A model generated the notes under the pieces. It was not told the DNA's origin and made no database searches. It was given only the letters and a program-made list of their open reading frames with translations. The position numbers and the translations under genes were made by a program. This document shows positions 14,030 through 26,809 of a stretch of 64,000 bases of DNA, in pieces; positions within the stretch are counted from its first letter, which is position 1; each line of letters begins with the position of its first letter. Source of the DNA: the human T2T-CHM13v2.0 reference genome, Homo sapiens; the NCBI RefSeq assembly GCF_009914755.1, contig NC_060931.1; one strand, 5' to 3'.

Positions 14030-14526
14030 TAACCTTAGTCTGTCCTGCTGTATTGTCCTTTTTTTCCAGGGATAAGAAATTTTTAGAAAAATATGAGTCC
14101 CTGTCCAGAATACACAAGCCTTGGCTCCACGAATTTTCTTCGAATTATTTCCTGGATTCTGTGTTTAGCTTTGGATTTCTTCTTCTACATAGCCTATGGG
14201 AGTTTGACTCACACAGAGTCCCACAGAAACCAAAATACTAAAACATAGAGATGGAAAAGACAGTTCTCCCTGAAAAGGATCTAAAGAACATTAAAACATG
14301 GTATCATGAGAACTACAACCAGTCATTGAAACTAATGTTTTCTGACGGTAGTAAGTAAAACACTGGAAATGAGATGGCTCTAAGCTACTTCACTTTGAAC
14401 GTTCAGACCATATTCACAGATGCCTACACATCAGTCATTCTCTGAGCCAGAGGATGGAGCCAAGGACCTTCATGGCGGTGGGAAAGACACAGTCCCATAG
14501 TGCTATCTGTGCCCTGTATACAAGCC
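14030..14526 (+). pseudogene. Decayed TRBV relic with 23-spaced RSS
   Basis: Leader-like CTGCTGTATTGTCCTTTTTTTCCAGGGA; frame from 14215 RVPQKPKY*NIEMEKTV...WYHENYNQSLKLMFS...GNEMALSYF; CACAGTC + 23 nt + ATACAAGCC. Confidence 0.75.
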
Positions 14527-15549
14527 ATTTTCCAGAGGTGATGGGATTGGGAAAGACTGTCTGTCCAATGAGAGGAAGAAAACGAAAGGGAAGACAGTAA
14601 GAGATAGACAATCTTGTTTTTCCTTGTTTTTCTTGTCCGTGACTAGAATGGACACAAATTCCTTTGTTTCAGTTGAGGAATTTATTAAAGCAGGGCATAA
14701 GAGCTTAAATAGACTTCAAAAATTCTACTGTAAAACTATTAACCATTTGCTTTTTTCAGGGTAATCTTAATACTGAAAAGAACACTGTAGCTATGAAGTT
14801 TCATCATAATCTCCATTCCCACAACCAGGTTGTAAGAGAGATATCATCTGAAGTGAAGGACAGGAAATTTTTAAAATGTAAAATATCACTGAATGTTTTC
14901 TTAGCAAGTTTTGAGAGGCCATCGCATCTATTAAATAGGAAGATAATTTATATAAAATTTTAATCTAGAACTGTATTTCTTTAACATAATAAACATAATT
15001 GCTCTATTTAAAATCACATTGAACATAACAAATTGTAAATTAGACAAGTCAGAAAACCAATTTGTCAACTGTTTAAAAATTGAAGAAATAGTCCAGAATT
15101 CTTAGGAAGCAGAAAGGGATATTTAACGTGTGAGAAAAAGGTACTACCACAATAGCAGCTTTATTCCCAATGGCTCCAAATTGGAAAATATTCAACATCT
15201 GACAATGCAATGGAGAAATGATTGTGTTACATTTATGTAACAGAATACAATATAGCACAAAAAATCAAGTGTAATTTCCAACACAGATATTTCAAATATA
15301 ACATTGAATAAAATATAGTAGACACAAAATAATACAGTATGTAGTCAGAATAGTGATTAAATTTGGTAGCATTATGTATTTATTCTGAGGGAGACATGAG
15401 GAAGGCTTTTGGAATTCTAAATTCTATATCTTGATCTGGGTGATGATTACATGAGTATATTCATTTCAAAAATTCATTGGGCTGAACACTTAAGATTTGT
15501 GCAGTCTATGTATTTTATACCTCACTTAGAAAACTTAAAATGGCAAGTA

Positions 15550-16110
15550 TATTATCTTGACCAATAATCTATTGCTGTGTGACAAACCACTCCAAAAGTT
15601 AGTGATTTAAAAGAACAACATATTATTATCTCTTGTGATTCTGTAGAAGGGCTCAGCTGGACAGTTCTCACTTAGGGCTGCTCACATGGTCACTGTCAGA
15701 TAGTCACTGAGGCTGAAGATATCTGAAGACTCAACTAGGCTGAATATCCAAGGTGGCTTTTTTGTGCCCCTGTTGGTTCGTTACCTGGGATGGCTGCAGT
15801 AGCTGTGGACCCGCTGAGCATTTCTCTCTGTACACAGCCTTTTGATGTGATTAGATGAGCTGTCTCACAGCATGGTGGCCTCTAGGCAGCTAAAGTTTTG
15901 GCATGGTCGTTGACCACCCTAACTGTGAGCATTCAAGAGACCCGGGTGTGGTCAACTAGGCTCCTTACAGCCCAGCCTGAGAAATATGCAGTGACACCTC
16001 CACCACAATCCAGCCAGCTCGGATTCAAGAGAAGGGCACCCCTGGGAAGGTGACCACTGGCCAGTGTGTTTCATCAGGCTGGTGTCTTTGAAGACCAAAT
16101 ACCACACCAC
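15550..16110 (-). mobile_element. MLT1-type MaLR LTR
   Basis: CTATTGCTGTGTGACAAACCACTCCAAAAGTTAGTG...ACCACA, typical antisense MLT1; approximate. Confidence 0.6.
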
Positions 16111-17168
16111 AGCCATTTGAATTTGTGTCATTACTTGGTACTCTTATTTTTTCCCTGCTGCTCTTTTTGCATTGAAGTCCTTTTGGGATGACATCAATAA
16201 AACTATTTCATGTTTTTAAGATTGTATTTGTCAAGTATTTCTTTTTCAACCTTTCTACATGCAGCCTTTTTGTTGTTTTTATTCTTCAGGTGGGTATTTC
16301 ATAAGCAGTGTGTATTTTTTCAGCCCATGATTTATAGAACTAGAATCCTCAGTCTATTGTCTTAAATGTATTTCTGTATAGTTTTCTATAGAAGGTGATT
16401 TCCTGGGTTTTGAGTTATGTTTCTTGCTTGGTTTTGTACATTAATTTTTCTCACATTTTGGTTTCTTCTTCCCTCATGCATGACCTTATTTTTGTTGACT
16501 ATTTTTCTCATTTCATTATTTTGCCTTTCAGAAGTCCGCAATTCATTTTCATTTTTTGATGGTTAACTGTAACATTTTATTATATAATTATATTAAGAAA
16601 ATCTGAGATTAGTCTTATCTTTACCATTCTCCTGAAGCCTATGTGAACTTTAGAACAATTAACACCTATGGTTCCCCTTCATGATTTCCAATATTTTGGA
16701 TAGTCAGAATGTTAGATCTACCATAACTAGAAGTATTGTTTTATTTTACCAATACTTAATTACAATTACCTACCTATGTGTTAACCATCATCTTTAATCG
16801 TCATTGTTTTTGCACAAAACTTTAGTATACCAACTCAGAGCAGAAAGAGGATCCATCATATTCTGTGTCTGCCCTATTAAGCATGCTTCTCTGCTGCATG
16901 GCCTTTGATTCCTAGTAGTAGATTTATCCCAGGCAAAGATGTAGAGCCCTATTATGGGCTATCAGATCTCAACACCAAGGATTTCTTGTGCCACAGCCCT
17001 TTGGTGCCAGGCCTCTGACTCTAACTTCTATCTCTTTTTCCAACAGTTCTCATGGATACTGAAGTCCCCCAGACACCAAGAAAACTGGTCACATTGACTA
17101 ATTTTAAGAGATGGCCTTGAAGTAGTCTCAGAAAATGAAAAGTCATAGCACATACTAGCTATTGACAA

Positions 17169-17794
17169 TGTATGGTTTTGGCTATGGCAAACCCATAACA
17201 CAAATGGAAGTGTCAGGGAAGAAAAACCACCATGAGCATTAAGGAACAAAAGAATATATTATAGGAATGAGGCCTGACACAATTTGGGGAGAAGATGGAT
17301 AAGTGAAAGTTTGAAAAGGGTCAGAAAAAACAACTCTAACCAGCTCTGGTGAAGGTGGATGAACTGGACTTCGCATTAAGTTTTGCATTAAGCTGTTATA
17401 TCCATACACTATATGGAACCCTGAAGGGGCTGGTGTAGGAATCTATGAAGATGGCTGACTCTATGTGCCAATAGCCCTGTGAGTTCTCAGAAAATTTGGT
17501 GGTGGCACTGCAGTCCCTCCTGGTCAGCAGGGCTGGCAGTCGGTATAAAGAGCTGGATGTGAAGCAGGGGAAAGTCAGCATAAATTGGAACTCACCGGCA
17601 CTTTTGATGCTACTCCTTACTGCCTGGAGCCAGTGATGACTTCAGAACTCAGTAGCAGCTGTTTTACTTTCCCCTTACAAACTTCCTGCATTTCTTACCC
17701 CATGATCAACTCTAACCCGGAACCATACTAGGAAAAAAGTTGTCCGAAACATATTCCTTGCTTAGCTAAGTTGACACAGTGATAAAACCCCACA
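17169..17794 (-). mobile_element. MLT2-type ERVL LTR
   Basis: Ends CTTAGCTAAGTTGACACAGTGATAAAACCCCACA, resembling an antisense MLT2 5' end. Confidence 0.55.
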
Positions 17795-17802
17795 AGAATA
17801 TC

Positions 17803-17995
17803 CAGATGCTCCTTGACTTGCAGTGGGGTAATATCCTGATAAATCCAGCACAAATTGAAAACATCATAATTCAACTTACAATATCCAGCTTATCTGTACA
17901 TAACCCCATCATAAGTCAAGGAGCACACTGAAATGCATATTGCTTTTGCACCATTGTAAAGTTGAAAAGTCATTGAACCATCATGAGACCATCTG
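17803..17995. mobile_element. MER47/Tigger-type DNA transposon remnant
   Basis: CAGATGCTCCTTGACTT...CATCTG-TA terminal inverted repeats. Confidence 0.65.
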
Positions 17996-19018
17996 TACCT
18001 GACAATTAGTGTTTCTCAAAATAAATAGGAAGATTTTCTTCTGATCTGAAGGTCTTCCAGCCACTCCCTCCCAGACATATCATAATATTGGACCAGAGGT
18101 CACCCATAGCAAGCTGTCCCTACTTATTCTTTGCAGAAAAAGTACAGTTACAGTATGAAGTGGCCTCATTTTAATGAGGCCCAACATACCCAGGAAATAA
18201 AAAATGCAGCCACAGGAGCATACAGATGCCCTTTAATAGATATGTCAATATTAACATAATGCAATAGCTATATTTGTTATAAAACGATTTCACTATTGCA
18301 CAAACATAATATGATGGGCGAAGTCTTAATCTTATCTTTTCTAGCTACCTATGCCAGAGAAGCAGAACTAAATATTAAATGAAAGCACAATTGAGAGGCT
18401 GTTATAAAAATGAAAACATAGGGCTTTCAAAAAAACTTTCCAGCTCCTTGTAATTGCTACATATTTCCAACATCGATCCATTAAAACAAGTATCCCAGCC
18501 TGTTCAAATCAAAGAATTTCTTATGCCTCCTAGAAACTATTTTCACTGTCCAGTACTTAGTATGACCTCCATTACAATAGAATAAATTTAATTATTCTCA
18601 CAACCTCAACAGTGATTAACACGGAAACATACAAGCTAAATTGAGAAATATTATTAGAATGTTTAGAATTAAGTCCCTTTATATATGAGGGAAATTGTCA
18701 TGAGATACACATGAGGTAACTATCTCATTTAGAAAATGATGAAGTGGCTTCAACATGATTATGAAGAAACATTGGACTTCCAGCCGAGGCACTGGCCTGT
18801 GCTTTATCAATATTTATGGTAGTGCCAACCTGTGGGTCTAGTGATTAACAACCATGAGTTGTCTTGGTGTTATTACTTTGAGGATATGAAACAGAAGCAG
18901 CAAACAGACTCCAATGCCATTCATTACCTAAACCTACACTCCTTTCCTTATAGGAAACTCACTTAAGTCATTACAATGCTTTATGTCTCAGTGTATCTTT
19001 AATAAATTTGGAAGTTGA

Positions 19019-19351
<333 letters not shown>

Positions 19352-19407
19352 TGTATGGTTTTTTGACAGGCAGAGATGGACGTAACATCAGTCATGGGCA
19401 AAGATTA

Positions 19408-19421
19408 CCACCAGGGGGCAG
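19408..19421 (+). promoter_or_regulatory. CTCF motif in the TRBV20-1 promoter
   Basis: CCACCAGGGGGCAG, a perfect core match. Confidence 0.75.
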
Positions 19422-19528
19422 ACTAGGGCATCCTTGGGATTCTGTGATCAGTCATCCCTCCTCGCTGGTGAATGGAGGCAGTGGTCACAACTCTCCCCAG
19501 AGAAGGTGGTGTGAGGCCATCACGGAAG

Positions 19529-20201
19529 ATGCTGCTGCTTCTGCTGCTTCTGGGGCCAGGTATAAGCCTCCTTCTACCTGGGAGCTTGGGTGGGCATGTG
19601 CGTGTGTTGGCATGGTCAAGTGGTGGCCAGCAGGGTTGCAATGTGGATTGTTTATGCTCATCGAAGGGAGAGGGAGAGGCCCTGCTCTCTAGAGGTGTAA
19701 ATGGTAAGGTGAAAGCCGCCGGTCAGAGGAGATGGGGGATTATGGCCCTAGGGAGATGACGGGAAGATTGCACAAAACAAACAGGACTCTCCAGGAGCTG
19801 GGAGCACAGGGAGGGAGTGAGGCTCAGCTCTGCCTGGCGTCCTGTCTGACTCGGCTCCCACTGGGCTCTCCTCTCTCTCTGGCTTCTGTCTCAGCAGGCT
19901 CCGGGCTTGGTGCTGTCGTCTCTCAACATCCGAGCTGGGTTATCTGTAAGAGTGGAACCTCTGTGAAGATCGAGTGCCGTTCCCTGGACTTTCAGGCCAC
20001 AACTATGTTTTGGTATCGTCAGTTCCCGAAACAGAGTCTCATGCTGATGGCAACTTCCAATGAGGGCTCCAAGGCCACATACGAGCAAGGCGTCGAGAAG
20101 GACAAGTTTCTCATCAACCATGCAAGCCTGACCTTGTCCACTCTGACAGTGACCAGTGCCCATCCTGAAGACAGCAGCTTCTACATCTGCAGTGCTAGAG
20201 A
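19529..20201 (+). CDS. TRBV20-1: TCR beta variable 20-1 (exon1 19529-19559 or -19589; exon2 from 19895 or 19898)
   Basis: MLLLLLLLGP-GSGLGAVVSQHPSWVICKSGTSVKIECRSLDFQATTMFWYRQ...YICSAR. Confidence 0.97.
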
Positions 20202-20240
20202 CACAGCGCCAGGAGGGGATCAGACACCGCGGCAAGAACC
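20202..20240 (+). other. 23-RSS of TRBV20-1
   Basis: CACAGCG + 23 nt + GCAAGAACC. Confidence 0.94.
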
Positions 20241-21805
20241 CCTGCAGCTGCCCTCCGCCCCAGCGGGCCCCCTGAGTGCTGAGAGGGGAAGCGTGGAGAA
20301 TGGAAAACCACAGCTTTCCTGACTGAGACATCTGGGAGTGTGTGTGCAGGGGGTGGGGCGGGGGGGAGGGGGAGAAAAAGAAAAGAAGCACTGTGAGTGT
20401 GGAGTATGGAGGAGGTGTAGTGTTTGAGACCCACGAAATGGCAATAGAGTTGGGCCTAAAGTGGTCGGCGGACATGGAAAGTTCCCTGAAAATTATAAAA
20501 CCTGGAATTTTGCCCTGACTCTGCCACATTAGTCATGTATTCTTGAATAGATCTACACATAATCCTAGAGGTAGATATGAAGACAGTTGTATAATCACTG
20601 TGTATTTCCTATAATAAACTTCAGCGATTGGCTTTCTTGTCATCATGCTGGGCTCTCAAGACAAAGATAACCAAGAGGCAGCCAAGTAGAGAGTTATGCA
20701 TGAATACGTTACCTTAGGGGAGGATAGCAACAGCATTGAATAGCATTCACTCCAAATTTGTGTTCTGTCCTCCTTAGACCAGGCCACCAAAATAAAATCC
20801 TATCACATTTCCTGTAAATGTTGAACGCCATCATGTTCTCCATGGTGTTTCGGTTGATGAATGAACAGAGTAAGACTCGGTACAAAGGGAGGGGAGCACC
20901 CTCTATGCCTAGGTACACACCATACGGAATGTATCGCTAGGGAAGGTGCTGGTGAGCTGGCTCCTGGGAAAGGTGTCAAGGGGAAGAGGGGGCAGAGGTA
21001 CCTAGAAGGAAGACCTCAGACAACATGGCTTGTCTACAGAGTTGGAAAGTTCTGCCAGTAGTTAGAAGACAGTAAGTGGAACAGTGAAAATCCTTTCCTA
21101 GGAGAAACCAAACATTTACATTGACCACAAATCTGTATGAACCAACAGAAAATGAGCAAAACATATGACCATACATTTAATAGAATAAACATATATGACT
21201 AATAAACATATAGAGATATTTCACTTCATTGATGATCAGGATAATATGAAGCAAGACACAATGATACATAGTTTTATATCCACTTGATTAGCAAAATATA
21301 AAAAGTTTAGAAATATAAAATGTTAGCGAGGGTATGGATTCATAGGATTACTTATAAATTACTGATGGGAGCATAAGTACTATCAACCATTTGGAAACAG
21401 TTCAGCATTATCTCGTAGTTGAAGATTCCTATATCCCATAACTCAGCAATTCCACTCCTAGGTTTACATCAGGAGAAGCTCTTGCATACACATATCAGAA
21501 GACATAAATAAAAAAGTGTTCTTCACAGCACCAAACAGTAGAAAAACATGGCACCAAGCCACATATGCACTGAGAAGAGTGAATGAATAAACTGTGACAT
21601 ATTCATATGAGTCAAAATGAATGAACTACAGTGAAGAGCAAGGTTATAGGTGAATCTTAGCAATATAATAGCAAATGTAAAAACTAAGTCTAATGAGATT
21701 ATGCAAAGCATAATGTGCTTTTCATAAAGCTAAAAACAAGTCAAGAAAATAATTTTCAGGACTGAAATATATTAGAACAAATTATATTGAAAGGAAAGCA
21801 AAGAT

Positions 21806-22020
21806 GAGTTGTATGCTGGAGCCTACTTTATCAGCTCATGGGAGCTGACTGTATACATTTTTCCCAACTCCAGTTTTAGTGACATCATTTTGTTAGCTTG
21901 AAATTGGCCATAGTGAGGGTATTTACACTACAGAAATTAGCAAACACAGCAAATTACGGTTTGCTTTATTTTCCTCCAGACTTAGCTGTCAACCCTTTAC
22001 CCTTTACCAACACACTACTG
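21806..22020. mobile_element. MER53-like hAT MITE within an old L1ME
   Basis: GAGTTGTATGCTGGAGCC...TTTACCAACACACTACTG terminal inverted repeats. Confidence 0.5.
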
Positions 22021-23256
22021 GCAGGGAATAATAATGACCCAAGTTCAGGATTTTTATAAGGCTGGGGCATGGCAGGAAATAGAATGAGAGAGAACTATAT
22101 GGCTATACATTGAAATATTGTCAAGGTCTATCTTGCATAATGTTGAGGAGGAGAAGTTTTACAAGTTCCTATTATGTTTTTTAAAAATATTCATTGACAA
22201 GCAATGCCTGTGTGTTATGAACCACAGGTTAAGATAAATAAAATTGAATGCATATAGCATCAAAAAGAAGAGAAAACAAATAAATGAATAGATTAGAGTT
22301 CTTACAAGAAAAGGATCAAGGGCATTTTATAGTCAAAACCAGGAGTGAAATAGCAGTGGCTTAACTGCTACCATCCTCATATAGATATCGGCTGCTGAAT
22401 TAATCACAGCGGACAACCTACCACCCAACAGACCTGGACCCTTGTCAACCCTTTGCAACACAGAACAGGGGTTTAGACAATAAGGGTGAACGTGAAAGCG
22501 TGGAGATGACACCTGGCCCCTGACCAAGGTGGAACTGACTGGAACAAGATGGGAGCCAATTCTGCAGTGAACACGCTGCTGCTTTTCGTCTCCGCTATGA
22601 CCGTGTGTTGCTGGTGGTTAAATACCCCACCTGGGTTCAGTCACCTCAGACTGTGCCATTGCCACTGATCTCAGGACCCACTTTAGTTGTAGCCTTTTAC
22701 TCTGTTAGCGTTTTCAGCCTGGAGAACAGAGCTAGTAAAATACTTATAAAATATTCCACTGCTTCACTAACGGCATGGAAAAGACAAGAGCTTTTAAGGC
22801 TCTGGCATGAAACAGGGAGACAGTGGTTACATTCCTATTTCACGCAGTCACTATTTCCGTCTACGTTAAGCTGAGGAGTGTAGTGTTTCGGTGACATTTA
22901 GCATGGAACGCTGCTGGGTTCAGACCTGACATTCCCAAACCAGCTGACTGTCAAGGACACAGCCTACTGCCTACCTATATTACCTTAGGAAACGAGACAA
23001 CAGCATTGAACAGCATTCAGTCCATATTTGTGTTCTGTCTTCCTTGGACAAGTACCAACAAAATAAAATCCTATCACATTTCCTGTAAATTTTGAATGAC
23101 ATAAATTTTTGATGAGCAATTCTTTTTGAAGTGTTGAACTTTCTGTTCTGATTTTATATTCTACTCTCTGTGCTTTGTTGTATTTAAAATCAAGTTCACC
23201 TTTCAGAGGCAGTGATGGGTGAGGTAAGAGACAGACTCTTACATCCTCCTCCCCAA

Positions 23257-23266
23257 CACACACACA

Positions 23267-23299
<33 letters not shown>
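23257..23299. repeat. (CA)n microsatellite
   Basis: Visible CA run. Confidence 0.95.
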
Positions 23300-25491
23300 G
23301 GAGGCACTGTTTTTCCCAGTAATGGAGAAGCCATGGGAAGAATTTCAGAGGTTTCAAGGGAGCTAGGGTCGTCTAATTCCTCTATATCCTTGGATATCCC
23401 CATTCTTAATGTCAAAAATAATCTCTCGAACTGGTTTCCCAGAGTCTCAACCCATTTGCTATAGTACATGCACCATCTCAGGTGTCCAAAGATGAATATT
23501 TGATAAGCTACTTCTCAACTTCATACCTCTGCTGCTGTTTTTCCATTCTGGAATGTGGAAAGCAGTGTGACTCCTATTAACTGACCAGTAGTCAATTTTA
23601 ACTACCCATAAATATGTGAGTGTCTTTTATCTGTAATCTCCTATCTGGTGCCATTTTTGAAAACCAGTTAAGACTCTTTTATCCTAAAAAATGAACTATG
23701 TCTAATTTCTTGAAAGTAATTATTGATGAAATACTCCCTGGAGAGTCTGAAGCCCCTGATATTGCATATTTAATTGTTATCCTCCTTTTAATAAAAGGTA
23801 TAGGAAGAAATTTTAAATATTATTCCTAAATACCTTACATCAAGATGAGCTAGAGTTAATTAAGTGGGACGAGGGATAATGAATTCAAGGGCATTTAAGA
23901 AAGATTAAAGAACCAGTGCAAAATGTTTTAATCAGGAAAGAAATTAGTGTGTTTAATGACAGGAAAGAAGTCAGCAGAGTGACAGGAGCAGGGGGAGGAG
24001 GTGGTTGAGTACAGGGCAAAATTGAAGAAGGCAGGAAGGCACCAGACCACTCAGAACCTTACTGGTCAAGGTAAATGATACAGAATCCAACATAAAGCTT
24101 AATAGGAGACACTGAGGTTTTCAACATTTGACTTCTTTAGTAATCAGATTCGTGGCTGTGTGTGTATCTGTGTATTTAATCACCCTGGTCACAAAGTGAA
24201 GAAATAATGGACCATGCAGGGAAGGCAAAATGTTACCTCTACCCTCTTGCAGTTTTTCGGCTGGTCCTGAGAATGGAAGATTAACAGGAAGGAAAGCATA
24301 CACATGTATTTAATACAAGTTTTACATCACATGAAAGCCCCCATAATTAAAGGAAGAACTGAATGTGCAGTTAGAGTTGAACATTCATATATTGAATTGG
24401 GCAAAGGGTCATACATTGTGGAAAGGTGAAAAAGTAAAGGGGCTTAGGCTAGGGTTGCTGGTTGAATGGCAAAGTGACTAGGAAGGTGAGGATTAGTTTA
24501 ACAAGCTTTTTTTGTTACAGATTCCTTGGCCTCAACATCATCCCATTCTATCTTGGATGTTAAGAATATTCTTTTTTCCTGGTATAGATAAGACATCTTT
24601 TATATGGGAAGCTTATTCCATTTTTCAAGAAGAAAAGGGGAAGGGTCAGAGTACTCCTCTTATACTTGCTATTGTGTTTAATGCCTCTAGCTCAAAATAT
24701 TCCTTATGCCAAAGTGGCATATTTTGGGCAGAGGGTTGGGAGGCTTATGCTGCCACCCTCCAGCAGTGTGAACAGAGTTGATGCGGAGGAAAAACTTAGC
24801 TCAGGCAAGCAGTAGTTTAGCTCAGATAATGATGATGGTGTTAGAAATATGGGGAAAATGAGACATTTAAAAGGAAGTAAATCAAAGGACTTGGCAATTG
24901 ATTAGACATGAGCAGCAATATGCAGGGGGTGGTGGGTGGTGATTAAGAGAGACTGCTACACACAGACAAATAAGAAGGACCAAGTGGGAAGAAGATCAAG
25001 ATTTACTTTGAGATTGGGAGTGCCTTAGGGACAGTAATCTAACCAGGAATATGCAGAGAGCAGTTGGATGTACAAGTCATGGACTCAGAAAATGGATCTG
25101 GATAAGAAGCACACCTTTGGGACATTTAGCATCACTGGAAGAATGAAAGTGCCTCCAATCCCTTGATATACAGTTTACAATGAAAAGATCAGAGAGCATA
25201 GGATAGCGGTTTAGGGAGCACACCTGCCTTGGGGGACTATAAAAGGTTGAGGGAGGCAAAATGCACTGATAAACCACCATCGGCATTAGACTAATGGCTG
25301 AATAATTGTGTAAGTAATTGCTAGTAACAATGCTGTGGAGTATGTGGCAGGTAGCACATCAAGTGCTGCTTTTTTCTTAATTTCGCTCTGATACCTGGAA
25401 TGCCTTTTTGCTGCCTCGCTGCCGGGCGGGCCACTCCCGACTCAGGCAGGCCGAGGCAGAGCTCCGCGGGCATTGGATGAATTCGCTCCTT

Positions 25492-25510
25492 TGACCACTA
25501 GAGGGTGATG
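25492..25510 (+). promoter_or_regulatory. CTCF-like motif beside a CpG-rich patch
   Basis: TGACCACTAGAGGGTGATG; CpG cluster at 25415-25485. Confidence 0.65.
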
Positions 25511-26106
25511 TGGATCTTTCTATAAAATATCTGCCGCTCATCAAGTGGGGACTCACAGCTTCACCGGATATTTCAGATGAGATGTTTAGGTACTGACTGA
25601 CCAAAAAAATTGCAGATATCCTGGGAGGCCAATTGGTCTTTAAAATGGCAGGATCTAATCTTAACATTTTGTAATAACCCTTAGCGTTTACCCATATCTG
25701 GCACCTGTAGTTGTGTGATTTCTACACAGTTGATAAATATATAAATGAATAATACCGTGATTTCTATTCAACATTGTGCTGAATTTGCAACCAGTGAAAC
25801 AAGGGGAAAAAGTTGAAAATGAGAAAGGAAAGAAAAATAAGTATTGGCGCACGACAAGTTTATTTATAGAGATTCAAAAGGGTCTAAAGAAGCAATGCAT
25901 TATCAATAACAAAATGTAGTAAGTTTACTGAATTTAACATAAATATAAAACATTATTTTATTTTCACATACTACAAGCAGTTATGTTTTTTAACGAGAGA
26001 CAATTTACAAATAATGATATAAAATAGAAAATAAACACCTAAGAACAAATCTATTAGATTAGCAAGACTATCATGCAGAAAACTATTAAAATTTTAGGGG
26101 AATCAG

Positions 26107-26414
<308 letters not shown>

Positions 26415-26417
26415 TTA

Positions 26418-26809
<392 letters not shown>

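Larger units (their letters stand above)
16870..18141 (+). pseudogene. Decayed TRBV relic split by LTR and DNA-transposon insertions
   Basis: Leader CTTCTCTGCTGCATGGCCTTTG; acceptor CAACAG|TTCTCATGGATACTGAAGTC; 3' half at ~18005-18104 (SVSQNK*EDFLL, ATPSQT); CATAGCA...GCAGAAAAA. Confidence 0.75.

Noticed and set aside
19891-20529. 212-aa ORF antisense to TRBV20-1
   Set aside because: Shadow of a GC-rich exon plus low-complexity sequence
20505-20560. GCCCTGACTCTGCCAC resembling a TRBV 5'UTR
   Set aside because: Fits a MIR core better; no leader or donor follows
25377-25667. 96-aa minus-strand ORF over the CpG patch
   Set aside because: No motif or exon context; better explained as regulatory DNA
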